This document shows, in pieces, positions 25,218-35,362 of a stretch of DNA of 64,000 bases. This DNA comes from an uncultured Actinomycetota bacterium. Its GTDB lineage: Bacteria; Actinomycetota; UBA4738; HRBIN12. The notes below the pieces were generated by a model. That model was not told the DNA's origin. It was given only the letters and a program-made list of their open reading frames with translations, and ran no database searches. Position 1 is the first letter of the stretch, and every line of letters begins with the position of its first letter. A program made the position numbers and the translations under genes. Location: assembly GCA_963737525.1 (NCBI GenBank), contig CAVTTD010000034.1, forward strand, positions 13,483-77,482, in the 5' to 3' direction.

Positions 25218-25275
25218 GTCCCTTCGTCGCTCTCACCAGAGGACGGATCGGGCGCCGCCCTCGTCGTGTCATTCG

Positions 25276-25301
25276 AACGATGGGAGGGACCGGTTCATTC
25301 C
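25276..25301 (-). promoter_or_regulatory. ECF sigma (SigR/SigH-type) promoter GGAAT-N18-GTT
   Basis: Minus strand GGAAT gaaccggtccctcccatc GTT, about 60 nt upstream of the 72-aa ORF. Confidence 0.55.
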
Positions 25302-25371
25302 GCGCTCGTCGGCCCGCCCCGGGCTCCTCGGAGCATCCGCACGCCGCGCCCGGACCGGGGGCAAGATGCTT

Positions 25372-26145
25372 CTAGTTGCCCCGGAACTCAGGTGGGCGCT
25401 TCTCGATGAACGCTCGCATGCCCTCGCGCTGGTCATCGGAGCCGAAGAGCGCGGTGAACAGCTCTTTCTCCCGGGCGACCCCCACCGGACCGGGGCTGCT
25501 CACCGCGGCCCGGATCGCCTCCTTGGCGGCGGCCAGGGCGCGACGGGGGCCGTGGGCGAACGCCCGAGCGTCCTCGACGGCGGAGTCGAACACCTGCTCG
25601 GCCGGGAAAACCCGCTCGACCAGCCGGAGCGCCTTCGCTTCTTCGGCGCCCACCTGCCGGCCCGTGTACGCGAGATCCCTCGAGACACCGACCCCCGCGA
25701 GCCACGTCATCCGTTGGGTTCCACCTGCGCCGGGGATCACGCCGAGCCGTACCTCAGGCTGTCCGACCTTCGCGTCGTCGGCGGCGTATCGAAGGTCGCA
25801 GGCGAGCGAGAGCTCGAACCCGCCCCCGAGCGCGAAGCCGGTGATCGCGGCGATCGACACCTTCGGCATCGATCCGAGGAAGTCACACGCGTCGCCGAGC
25901 ATCGTCACCAGCTCGTGGATCCCATCGGGGCTCTGATCGACCATCTCCTTGATGTCCGCCCCGGCCGCGAACAACTTCGGACCCCCCCAGACCACGAGCG
26001 CGCCGACGTCATCACGCGACCCCGCCTCTTGCAGTGCGACGAGGAGCTCCGTCGAAAGCTGCAGCGAGATCGCGTTGGCGGGCGGGCGGTCCAGTCGGAC
26101 GATCCCGACGCCGTCGTCCACGTCGAGATGCACGAACTCAGGCAT
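25372..26145 (-). CDS. enoyl-CoA hydratase/isomerase
   Basis: LDRPPANA, FAAGADI, ALGGGFEL, GQPEVRLGVIPGAGGTQR. Confidence 0.93.
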   Translation of the reverse strand: MPEFVHLDVDDGVGIVRLDRPPANAISLQLSTELLVALQEAGSRDDVGALVVWGGPKLFAAGADIKEMVDQSPDGIHELVTMLGDACDFLGSMPKVSIAAITGFALGGGFELSLACDLRYAADDAKVGQPEVRLGVIPGAGGTQRMTWLAGVGVSRDLAYTGRQVGAEEAKALRLVERVFPAEQVFDSAVEDARAFAHGPRRALAAAKEAIRAAVSSPGPVGVAREKELFTALFGSDDQREGMRAFIEKRPPEFRGN

Positions 26146-26159
26146 CGCGGCGCACCCTA

Positions 26160-27044
26160 TCAGCCGTGCTTCGCGATCCTCGCAGCGATCGAGCGGAGTC
26201 CTTCCTCGAAGGGCGTCGTCGCGACACCGAACGCGTCGGCGGCGTCCGGCGCAGGAACGTGAGGCGCTCCCGCCATGAACGAGTCCGCGAAGAACTCCGC
26301 CGTGCGAACCGAGACGGGGATCTCGAGGAGCTCCGTCAGCCGCTCTGCCGCAGACGATGGATCGAGGTGCACCGGCGTGCCGCCGTCTCCCGCGATCTGG
26401 AAGACCTCGTCGGCGGTCAGCTCCTCCGGGCCGCTCAGGTTCCACACGCCTTCGGTCGGGTCGCGTCGATCGTCGATCGCGGCCACCACCCTGGCCACCT
26501 CGTCGGCGAGCACGGGCGCCACCCGCTGGCTGCCGTCCCCTACGACGAAGCCGTGCTCCGCTCCCATGACGGTCGACGCGAACCAGAGACCTCCCAGCCC
26601 GTAGGCGTGGGAGGAACGAAGAACCGCGTGTTCCAGCCCGCTGTTGACGACCGCCTCTTCCGCGAGGCCCTTCGCGCGAAGGAACGGATGTGTGTGGTCG
26701 ACGGAGGCGCCCGGAACCGAGAGCAGGATCAGCCGGCGGACCCTCCCCTCCTTCGCGGCCGCGACCACGGCGAGCGTCGAACGATGGTTCGCGGCGAGGA
26801 TCTCGTCGTCGCTCGGCTGGTTCACGCCCCCGACGAGATGCACGATCGTGTGCACTCGAGGGAGGATCTCGATCAGTTCGTCCGGCTCCTCGACCGGCCG
26901 CACGGCGACCTTCGCACCGAGTACGCGGAGCGCCTCACCCGCCTCCGGACGCCGGACGGTCGCCCGCACCTCGTCGCGTTGGACCAACGCCTCCACGATC
27001 GAGCGTCCGAGGAGTCCCGAGGCGCCCGTCACCATGACCGTCAT
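26160..27044 (-). CDS. atypical SDR / NAD(P)H-binding protein (NDUFA9-like)
   Basis: VTGASGLLG; LRAKGLAEEAVVNSGL. Confidence 0.85.
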   Translation of the reverse strand: MTVMVTGASGLLGRSIVEALVQRDEVRATVRRPEAGEALRVLGAKVAVRPVEEPDELIEILPRVHTIVHLVGGVNQPSDDEILAANHRSTLAVVAAAKEGRVRRLILLSVPGASVDHTHPFLRAKGLAEEAVVNSGLEHAVLRSSHAYGLGGLWFASTVMGAEHGFVVGDGSQRVAPVLADEVARVVAAIDDRRDPTEGVWNLSGPEELTADEVFQIAGDGGTPVHLDPSSAAERLTELLEIPVSVRTAEFFADSFMAGAPHVPAPDAADAFGVATTPFEEGLRSIAARIAKHG

Positions 27045-27095
27045 ATGGCGCGATGCTATCGGCGGCGCCGCGTGGGCCTCGATAGCCTCGGAGCC

Positions 27096-27983
27096 GTGCA
27101 ACCCGACGCCGCCGACGTCGAACGGGTGGGCCGCGCCCTCGGGGCGACGCCGGTCGCCTGGCGTGCCGCGTCCGGGCACGGCGCCCCGTCCCACCGGCGA
27201 TTCGTCGTGGGCCTCGAGGACGGACGATCCGCGTTCGTGAAGATCGCCGCCTTCGACTACACGGCCGAGTGGCTCCGAGAGGAGCACCGCGTCTACGCTG
27301 CGCTCGACGGACAGCCGTTCTTGCCACGGATGCGGGGGTGGGACGACGACGGTATCGCTCCCGCTCTCGCCCTCGAAGACCTCTCCGCGGCGACGTGGCC
27401 GCCTCCGTGGGACACCGCCCGCGTCGACGCCGTCCTCGCCTCCCTCGCATCGGTGCATGCCACCCGGCCGCCCGTGGGCGTGCCACCGGCCGTCGAGAGC
27501 CAGTTCGGCTTGGACGGCTGGCCGGACGTGACCGCCGACCGGCAGCCATTCCTCTCTCTCGGCCTCTGTTCACCCGAGTGGCTCTCCGAGCACCTGTCCG
27601 CACTCTCGTCTGCGTCAGCCGCGGCCGAGATCGGGGGGACGTCGCTCCTGCATTTCGACGTCCGCAGCGACAACCTCTGTCTGCGGGAGGACCGGGTCGT
27701 GCTGGTCGACTGGAACAACGCGTGCGTCGGGAACCCGCTGATGGACACGGCCTCCTGGCTCCCAAGCCTCGAGGCTGAGGGCGGACCCGCTCCCGACGTC
27801 ATCCTTCCGGACGAGACGCCCGGGTTGCCCGCGATCGCTTCCCTGCTGGCCGGCTACTTCTGCGCGCGGGCCGGTCTCCCGCCGATCCCCCAGGCGCCCC
27901 ACGCGCGGCCACTTCAGCTGATGCAGGCCAGGACGAGTCTCCCGTGGGCGGCACGACTCCTCGACCTGCCGGCGCCCGCCTAG
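27096..27983 (+). CDS. APH/choline-kinase-like phosphotransferase
   Basis: FVK, LLHFDVRSDN, LVDW motifs. Confidence 0.85.
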   Translation: MQPDAADVERVGRALGATPVAWRAASGHGAPSHRRFVVGLEDGRSAFVKIAAFDYTAEWLREEHRVYAALDGQPFLPRMRGWDDDGIAPALALEDLSAATWPPPWDTARVDAVLASLASVHATRPPVGVPPAVESQFGLDGWPDVTADRQPFLSLGLCSPEWLSEHLSALSSASAAAEIGGTSLLHFDVRSDNLCLREDRVVLVDWNNACVGNPLMDTASWLPSLEAEGGPAPDVILPDETPGLPAIASLLAGYFCARAGLPPIPQAPHARPLQLMQARTSLPWAARLLDLPAPA

Positions 27984-28023
27984 CCGGTCCTTGCACCTGC
28001 AACAGACTGCTATTATCCACGCC

Positions 28024-28446
28024 GTGGATACGTCGTACGCCGACCTGATGGATCAGCTCCGGAGCAGAGGGCTCCGCATGACGCCCCAGCGCCGCGCGAT
28101 CGTCTCGGAGGTGATGCGGGCCAAGGGCCACATCTCACCCACCGCGATCGCCCGCAAGGTCCAAGGAGACATGCCGGGTGTGAACGCCTCCACGGTCTAC
28201 CGCACGCTCACGCTGCTGGAGAGCGTCGGTGTGCTCCAACACTCACACGTGGAGACGGGAGCGGAGTACCACCGGGCGGACGAGGCGCATCACGTCCACC
28301 TGACGTGCCGCAACTGCGGGCAGGACGACGAGCTCTCGCTCGAGGAAGCGCGGAAACTGCAGGGTCTGATCAGGCGACACCACGGGTTCGTCGCCGACCT
28401 CACGCACTTCGCGATCACCGGCCTCTGCAGCGACTGCGCCGCCTGA
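28024..28446 (+). CDS. Fur-family metalloregulator, Nur-like
   Basis: RMTPQR, STVYRTL, HSH, HHVHLTCRNC, HFAI.G.CSDC; the HxH and HFAI histidines resemble the Streptomyces Nur nickel site. Confidence 0.88.
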   Translation: MDTSYADLMDQLRSRGLRMTPQRRAIVSEVMRAKGHISPTAIARKVQGDMPGVNASTVYRTLTLLESVGVLQHSHVETGAEYHRADEAHHVHLTCRNCGQDDELSLEEARKLQGLIRRHHGFVADLTHFAITGLCSDCAA

Positions 28447-28452
28447 GCGGCT

Positions 28453-29349
28453 TCAGCCTCCGAACAGCGCGGGGAGAAGGGTGTCCTTGCCCAGGACGAA
28501 CATCACGCCGATCACGAGGCTGAACGTGCCCGTGATCACCGCGACCGCTGCGTAGACCCGGAAGTTCTTCGACGCTCGGAGGAAGCCGAACGCCGTCCCG
28601 ACCGTGATGATCGAGTTGGACGTCATCAGGCCTACGAGGAACGCGCCGAGAACTGCCATCCCGGCAGCTTTCCCTCCCGCGCCTGCGGCCGCCGTGAAGA
28701 TCAGGATCTGGGTCGGTGTCTCGGCCCCGATCCCGTGCAGCATCCCGACGAGGAACGACGTTCCCTTCTGGTAGTTCACGAACGGGTCGTCCGGCTCAGG
28801 GTGCTTGTGGTGGTGATGCCCGGGGCGGCCGTGGTGCCCGTGGTGCCACTCCGCGACACGATCCTCGGCGTCGACCGCGGTGGCCCCGCTCGAGTGGGCG
28901 TGGACCGGCTCGCGTTCATGATCGCGCGCCTCGAGCGTCGACGGTCCACGTCCGGTGATCCTCCACCATCCGCTCCGGACGCCGGCGAAGACGAGCATCC
29001 AGCGGCTTCTCATCCGGAACTCACGACCGTGTCGGATCAGGGAGACGAACACGTAGACGCCGAGCACGATCAGGGTCACACCGACGATCTTCCCCATCGC
29101 GGCGTCGACGCTCTCCGGGAGCTCCTGGCCGATCAGGATCGCGACGATGCCGAGAGCGAGAACGACGGCCGCATGCCCCACGACGTAGAGGGTGCCGAAC
29201 CAGATCGCTTGCCGTTTCTCCTCCTGCGAGGAGGTGATGTCCGTGATCGCCGCGATGTGATCCCAGTCGATCCCGTGCCGGAAGCCGAACCAGAACGAGG
29301 CCACCAGGAGGCCGAAGCCGAACCCACCCTCGGAGAGCGCGCCTAACAC
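28453..29349 (-). CDS. NiCoT/HoxN-like nickel/cobalt permease with His-rich loop
   Basis: FGFRHGIDWDHIAAI signature, GMLHGIGAETPTQ, HHGHHGRPGHHHHKH loop. Confidence 0.85.
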   Translation of the reverse strand: MLGALSEGGFGFGLLVASFWFGFRHGIDWDHIAAITDITSSQEEKRQAIWFGTLYVVGHAAVVLALGIVAILIGQELPESVDAAMGKIVGVTLIVLGVYVFVSLIRHGREFRMRSRWMLVFAGVRSGWWRITGRGPSTLEARDHEREPVHAHSSGATAVDAEDRVAEWHHGHHGRPGHHHHKHPEPDDPFVNYQKGTSFLVGMLHGIGAETPTQILIFTAAAGAGGKAAGMAVLGAFLVGLMTSNSIITVGTAFGFLRASKNFRVYAAVAVITGTFSLVIGVMFVLGKDTLLPALFGG

Positions 29350-29386
29350 GGCCGGATCCCCGATCGAGTTGCTGATGCACGCAGAT

Positions 29387-29416
29387 ACCCTATTCAGTTT
29401 TTGCAAGGACTTGCAA
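29387..29416 (-). promoter_or_regulatory. NiCoT promoter (TTGCAA-N18-TAGGGT) overlapped by palindrome TTGCAAG-ga-CTTGCAA
   Basis: Perfect 7-2-7 inverted repeat at 29401-29416 covering the -35; resembles the TTGCA-N7-TGCAA Nur box but with N6. Confidence 0.65.
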
Positions 29417-29422
29417 CTGGCC

Positions 29423-31058
29423 TCAGAAGGCGGCCGTTTCCCGATAGGTCCCGAAGACCGATGCGAGCGCCCCGACGATCTCGCCCTCCGTGCAGCGGGC
29501 GCGGGCGCACGTGATCAACGGTTCCATCAGGTTGGCGTCGGTCGTGGCGGCCTCCTTCAACGCGATCAGAGCGTCGTCCGCCGCACCCGCGTCACGAGCG
29601 GCGCGGGTGCGGCGGATGCTCTCGAGCTGGGTCCGCTCCGCCTCCTCCCCGATCACGAGGGTGTCGATCGGTGACTCGTTCGCGTCCACGAAGTCGGTCA
29701 CGCCGACCTTGACGAGGTCGCCCGACTCGTAGCGGCGCTGCTCCTCGAACGCCGACTCGGCGATCCGGCGCTGGAACCAGCCCTGCTCGATCCCCGCGAG
29801 GACGCCTTCGAGCATCGAGCCATCTCCCATCCCGTCGATCTCGGCGAAGATCTCCTCGGCCTTGGACTCGATCCGGTCGGTCGCCTCCTCGACGAACCAC
29901 GAGCCGCCGAGCGGGTCGATCACGTCGGGGACTCCCGGATTCGAACGCGATGACCTGCTGCGTGCGGAGGGCGAGCTTCGCGCTGTCCTCGGTGGGGAGC
30001 GCGAGGACCTCGTCGAGGGCGTTGGTGTGGAGCGACTGCGTGCCCCCGAGCACGGCCGCGAGGGCCTCGATCGCCGTGCGAACGACGTTGTTCATCGGCT
30101 GCTGGGCGGTGAGGGAGACGCCGGCGGTCTGCGTGTGGAACCGCAGCCGCATGGACTCCGGGTTCTTCGCGCCGTAGCGATCGCGCATCCAGCGGGCCCA
30201 GATCCGCCTCGCGGCGCGGAGCTTCGCGATCTCCTCGAAGAAGTCGATGTGCGCGTTGAAGAAGAACGAGAGCGCGGGCGCGAAGACGTCGACGTCGAGC
30301 CCGCGTTGCACACCGAGCTCCACGTAGGCGAACCCGTCGGCCAGCGTGAAGGCGAGCTCCTCCGCCGCCGTCGCCCCGGCCTCGCGGATGTGGTAGCCGG
30401 AGACGCTGATCGCATGCCACTTGGGAACATGCTCTGCGCAGAAGGCCATCAGGTCGCCGATCAGCCGCAGATGCGGCCGCGGCGGGAAGACCCACTCCTT
30501 CTGCGCGATGTACTCCTTGAAGATGTCGGTCTGGAGCGTGCCGTCGAGCGACGCCCAGTCGACCCCCTGTCGTTCCGCGGTGGCGAGGAAGAACGCGAAC
30601 GCGACGACCGCCGGTCCGCTGATCGTCATCGAGGTCGTGACGTCGCCGAGCGGGATCTGGTCGAACAATGTCTCGAAGTCGTCGAGCGAGTCCGTGGCGA
30701 CCCCGCAGCGACCGACCTCTCCCTCGCTGCGCGGGTCGTCGGAGTCCAGGCCCATCAGCGTCGGCATGTCGAACGCGACCGAGAGACCGGTCTGGCCGTG
30801 CTCGGTCAGGAAGCGGTAGCGAGCGTTCGTCTCGGCCGGCGTGCCGTACCCGGCGAACTGACGCATCGTCCAGAGCCTGCCCCGGTACATGGTCGGATAG
30901 GCACCGCGCGTGAAGGGATAGGCACCCGGCTCGCCGAGCTTCTCGTCGGCGCTCCAGCCGTCGAGGTCGTCCGGTCCGACGATCGCCGGGACGGGCTCGC
31001 CGGACAGGGAACGATGCGAACGCTCGCTCCACGACGCGCGGGATCGCTCGGGGCTCAC
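29423..31058 (-). CDS. B12-dependent acyl-CoA mutase large subunit, isobutyryl-CoA mutase-like (one frameshift near 29925)
   Basis: [49 protein letters not shown]; no B12-binding domain. Confidence 0.9.
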
Positions 31059-31101
31059 GCTTCGAGGATACGAGGCGTGCCGTGTTCGGGTCTCGTGGCG
31101 G

Positions 31102-32034
31102 TCACCGGGCGCGGCGCAGGAGCTCCTGCGCCGCGGCGTACGGATCGATGCGGCGCTCGGCGAGATCGTCGCCGAGCGCCGGATCGTCCTCGAGCGCCCG
31201 AGCGGCGCGGACGCGGAATCGCTCAGCCGCAAGGCTTTCGGCCTCTCGGAGCAGGCGCGCTCGCCGCTTCGCGGCGAGCGCGCCGGACACTTCGGCCTGA
31301 TCTCGATGCTCTCTCACTGCGGCCCAGACCTCGTCGGTCCCCTCCCCCGTCGAGGCGGTCGCCGTGAGCACCGGCGGATCCCAGTCGCGCGCAGCGCCGA
31401 GATGCAGCATCTGGCGGAGCTCCTTCGCGACCTCCGGTGCGCCGTCGCGGTCCGCCTTGTTCACGACGAAGACGTCGGCCGCCTCGAGGATGCCCGCCTT
31501 CGCCATCTGCACCGCATCGCCCATCCCGGGCGCCAACACGACGACCGCCGTGTCGGTGGCGGCGGCGACGTCGATCTCCGCCTGGCCCACGCCGACCGTC
31601 TCGACGAAGATCACGTCGTAGCCGGCGGCGTCGAGGATCCGCACGGCCTCGGGCGCGGCGAGCGCCATCCCGCCGAGGTGTCCTCGCGTCGCCATCGATC
31701 GGATGAAGACGCCGGGATCGACGGCGTGGTCCTGCATCCGCACGCGATCGCCGAGCAGGGCGCCGCCCGTGTAGGGCGACGTCGGATCCACCGCGAGCAC
31801 GGCCGCACGGAGGTCCTCGGCACGCGCGACGCGGATCAGCTCGGCCGCGAGCGTGGACTTCCCGACGCCGGGAGCGCCGGTCAACCCGATCGTGGTCGCT
31901 CCTCCGGTCTTCCCGTAGATCCCGGCGGAGAGCTCGGCCAGTTCGGGCGAATCGTCCTCGACCGCCGAGATCGCGCGGGCCACCGCACGCCGGTCACGCG
32001 CCAACACCCCCTCGACCAGTGCCGTGACCTCCAT
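31102..32034 (-). CDS. meaB: MeaB/ArgK GTPase chaperone of acyl-CoA mutase
   Basis: [37 protein letters not shown]. Confidence 0.93.
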   Translation of the reverse strand: MEVTALVEGVLARDRRAVARAISAVEDDSPELAELSAGIYGKTGGATTIGLTGAPGVGKSTLAAELIRVARAEDLRAAVLAVDPTSPYTGGALLGDRVRMQDHAVDPGVFIRSMATRGHLGGMALAAPEAVRILDAAGYDVIFVETVGVGQAEIDVAAATDTAVVVLAPGMGDAVQMAKAGILEAADVFVVNKADRDGAPEVAKELRQMLHLGAARDWDPPVLTATASTGEGTDEVWAAVREHRDQAEVSGALAAKRRARLLREAESLAAERFRVRAARALEDDPALGDDLAERRIDPYAAAQELLRRAR

Positions 32035-32047
32035 GGCGGGCGTCAGC

Positions 32048-33268
32048 CTATCGGTCGACCGGATGCGACCCGCCGGATCGCAGGGCGAACGAGGCGCCGG
32101 GGATCGCCTCCAATGCATCGCGCAGAGAACGACACACCTCACGTTGCCGGAGCAGCGCTGGATCGGCCTCGGATGCCACTCGAGAGCGGATCATCGCCAG
32201 GTTGACCTGCTCACGCTGGAGGCGCCTCAGGAGGTCGGCGGCGCGCTTCCCCGCCCGACGTTGCAGGTCCCGCCGGGCCTGGAAACGGAGTCGCGGCCTC
32301 TCGAGGATCGCCAGCTCCTCAGGGGTGACGGCATCCTCGTCGAATTCCGAGACGAGCGTTGAATGCAGCCACCGGCGCTCTCGCGCGCGAGCGAGGCGGA
32401 TCGCCAGCAGCACGAAGAGCAGGAGCGGCAGGCCCTTCACGGCGGTGGCGACGGGGATCAGGAACCAGTCGGCTCCGTCCCATGGCTGCGCGGGGAAGAA
32501 GTCGAGGATGGGCGAGTTCCACAGGAAATGCCCGAACACGGCCGCGCCTGCCAGCAGGCCGGCGAGGCGGAGCCGACCGCGGAGCGGCCGATCGTCGCGA
32601 CGCGTCGTGACGATCGCGACCGCCATCCCGACCAGGCCCGTGTAGAGCACGTGGGAGTACAGACCGCTCGAGATCACGCGCACGAAGAACCCGCGCAGGA
32701 CCCCTCCGACGTCGCCGCCGAACACGGCGATGAAGTAGAAGACGTCTTCGACGATCGTGAAACCGAGCCCGCAGAGGGCGCCGTAGACGAAGCCGTCCAT
32801 CACGTCGTCGACCTCGTCGCGCGCGATCAGCACGATCAGGACGACCCCGACACCCTTCAGGATCTCCTCGACGAAGGGCGCGGTGAGCGCGGCGGTCCAA
32901 CGGGACGCGAACTCCGGTCCCGCCAGGCGGGCGACGACGATCCCCCAGCCGGCGTTCCCGATCGCGGCCAGGGTGGTCGCGGCCACGGCTCCCCACACGA
33001 ACGCCGCGATCAGCAGCGGGATCGGCTCCCGCTCGTACAGATCGAGGAGATAGACGAGCACCGCGATCGGCGCGGCATAGAGGAGCACGAGCCCCCATGA
33101 GAGCGCCCAGCCACTCGGCGACATCTGACGGAACAGGTTCTGCTCCGCGATCGCGACCACCCCGGTCAGCGCGACGACCGCCACGTAGAGCCAGAACGCA
33201 GGGAGGCGCGGCTGGAAGAAGCGCGCTTGATGCAGGGAGGAACGCGAGAGCGACCGGGTCGCGACCAC
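32048..33268 (-). CDS. PrsW-family intramembrane metalloprotease
   Basis: DLYEREP, APFVEEILK, GLGFTIVED, SH...HFLWN. Confidence 0.9.
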   Translation of the reverse strand: MVATRSLSRSSLHQARFFQPRLPAFWLYVAVVALTGVVAIAEQNLFRQMSPSGWALSWGLVLLYAAPIAVLVYLLDLYEREPIPLLIAAFVWGAVAATTLAAIGNAGWGIVVARLAGPEFASRWTAALTAPFVEEILKGVGVVLIVLIARDEVDDVMDGFVYGALCGLGFTIVEDVFYFIAVFGGDVGGVLRGFFVRVISSGLYSHVLYTGLVGMAVAIVTTRRDDRPLRGRLRLAGLLAGAAVFGHFLWNSPILDFFPAQPWDGADWFLIPVATAVKGLPLLLFVLLAIRLARARERRWLHSTLVSEFDEDAVTPEELAILERPRLRFQARRDLQRRAGKRAADLLRRLQREQVNLAMIRSRVASEADPALLRQREVCRSLRDALEAIPGASFALRSGGSHPVDR

Positions 33269-33901
33269 TCAGGTCACCTCCGCGGTCTCGATCATCGCGG
33301 CCAGCTCCCCGCTGATCAGCTGCAGCTGACCCTGGAAGGCCCATCCGTCGAAGACGGCTCCGTTGCCGGACGGCGCGACGACTGTCGTGACCGATCCTTC
33401 GATGGCCGCCCCGGTCTGTGGTTCCGACCCGATGTAGCCGAATCGGATGGCCTCCAGTCCGCTCGGAAGGGTGATCCGCTCCACCATGTCCGAGACCGAG
33501 AGCCGCTCGAGCTGACGGGCGAGAACCCCGGTGGCATACGTGTCCGCCAGCTCGACCGCCGTCCCGCCCACCCCCGGCAGCGCGACGAGATCGAGTGCGC
33601 CGCTCCCGCGAGTGAGTTGTACGAACTCCCCGGAGATCTCGGCTCCCGAAGGTGACGGGACCGAGGCCGGCTGACGGCGAACCACTTCCCAGCCCGGGAG
33701 CGGACGGATCGTGAGGACATCTCCGAGCGAGATCTGCGCGACGTCCGGCGCCGGCAGCGTCCCCGCGACGACGAACCCGCCGAGCACCGTCACCGACATG
33801 ACGAGCGAGACCACCACCGTCGGGAGCCAGCGCCGCGCCGGCCGACGCGCGTCGCCGGGCGCGTCCGGCCGGGCCGGCACGCTCAAGGACGAGTCGATCA
33901 C
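33269..33901 (-). CDS. single-pass membrane protein with extracytoplasmic domain
   Basis: One N-terminal TM segment, then PLPGWEV...; abuts both neighbours. Confidence 0.7.
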   Translation of the reverse strand: MIDSSLSVPARPDAPGDARRPARRWLPTVVVSLVMSVTVLGGFVVAGTLPAPDVAQISLGDVLTIRPLPGWEVVRRQPASVPSPSGAEISGEFVQLTRGSGALDLVALPGVGGTAVELADTYATGVLARQLERLSVSDMVERITLPSGLEAIRFGYIGSEPQTGAAIEGSVTTVVAPSGNGAVFDGWAFQGQLQLISGELAAMIETAEVT

Positions 33902-34323
33902 GCCGTGGTCCCGGCGTCGGCCACGGACAGGAGCTGCGTGAGTCGCGCCAGCCGAAGCGGGTGACGCAGCATCCCCTCGATACGGAGGCGCCGGGCGAGG
34001 AGGTCGCGGACGATCGCGCGTCCCTCGGGAGCCATGAGATCTGGGAGGCCGAACCGTAGCGGCGCGGTCGTGAGATCGAGCAGCCGCCCCGAGTCGGCTC
34101 TGATCCGCACGTTCGCATCGGGGACGTCGCCGTCCCCCACCCGAACCCCTTCCGGATCGAGGCGTAGGAACACCGTGACCTCGGCATCCGGCGCGTCCAG
34201 CACCACCACCGACGGACGCAGGAGCCTGCGCCGCTCCGGATCGCGGGCCAGGTTCTGTTCGATGAGCTCGGCGACCATCGCCGCGAGACCGCTCGGCTCG
34301 GGACCCACGACGGTGACGCTCAC
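33898..34323 (-). CDS. SCP2-like hypothetical protein
   Basis: C-terminal part of ORF 33898-35268 from GTG 34323; RLRIEG...LARLTQLL resembles an SCP2 C-terminus. Confidence 0.6.
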   Translation of the reverse strand: MSVTVVGPEPSGLAAMVAELIEQNLARDPERRRLLRPSVVVLDAPDAEVTVFLRLDPEGVRVGDGDVPDANVRIRADSGRLLDLTTAPLRFGLPDLMAPEGRAIVRDLLARRLRIEGMLRHPLRLARLTQLLSVADAGTTA

Positions 34324-35362
34324 GGCTCCAGGACCACCTTGGTCGCCTCGCGACGATCGAACAGGGCGTACCCCTCCGCCGCGTCCTCCAGGGGCAGTCG
34401 ATGGCTGATCAGCGGGCGTGGGATCGACCTCGCCTCGCTCGAGCGCCGCCGTCGCGCGGTCCCACCACGCGAGGATCGGCGTGAGCCCCGCGAACCGCAG
34501 GGTGAGCGCCCGTGACCAGTACGAGCCGAGCTGCAGCTCGGTGGTCTCGGAGGAGTAGACCCCGAGGACCACGACGGTGCCGCCTCTTCGGACCGTGTCG
34601 ATCGCGCCCTCGAAGGCGGTGGGATGGCCCACCGCGTCGATCACCACGTCGGCTCCCCGCCCGTCGGTCGCCTCGGCGAGTGTCGTGACGGGGTTCCGCT
34701 CGTCGACGTGCACCGGGATCGCGCCCGCCGCGCCGGCGAGCGCGAGCCGGGACGGCTCCCGGTCGAGCGCGTAGACGGTCGGCGAGCCCAACGCCCGCAG
34801 CCCTTCGATCGCGCAGAACCCGACCGGACCGCAGCCGAGCACCGCGACGACGTCGTCCGGTCCGGCGCCCGCGAGCGACGCCCCGTAGAAGCCGGTCGTC
34901 AGCACGTCGCCCACGAAGACGGCCGCCTCGTCATCGACCGCGTCGGGGAGACGGATCAGGTTCACGTCGGCGTTCGGGACCCGGAGCCGTTCCGCCTGCG
35001 CGCCGGGAAGCGCCCCGCCGAAGATCCCGTAGCCGAAGATCGCATCGTCGTCGCAGAGAGCGGACTGCCCGTGGCCGCAGAACCAGCAGTGTCCGCACGC
35101 GACGTTGAACGCGACGGCGACGCGATCGCCCGGCCCGACGCGCTCGATGCCGTCACCGACCGACTCCACCACGCCGACGGCCTCGTGGCCGAGCGGCTCG
35201 CCGGGCTCCATCGGCGCCTTGCCGTGCAGCAGATGGAGATCGCTCCCGCAGATCGCCGACCTCGTCACCCGGACGATCGCGTCGTCGGGAGCCTCGAGCT
35301 CCGGGTCGGGCAGAGTCCGTCACACGGACGCGGCCCTCTCCGTCGAAGACCACGCCGCGCAT
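34320..35362 (-). CDS. Zn-dependent alcohol/aldehyde dehydrogenase (MDR; frameshifted)
   Basis: ICGSDLH, GHEAVG, CGHCWFC...C, GCGPVG, DAVG. Confidence 0.9.
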
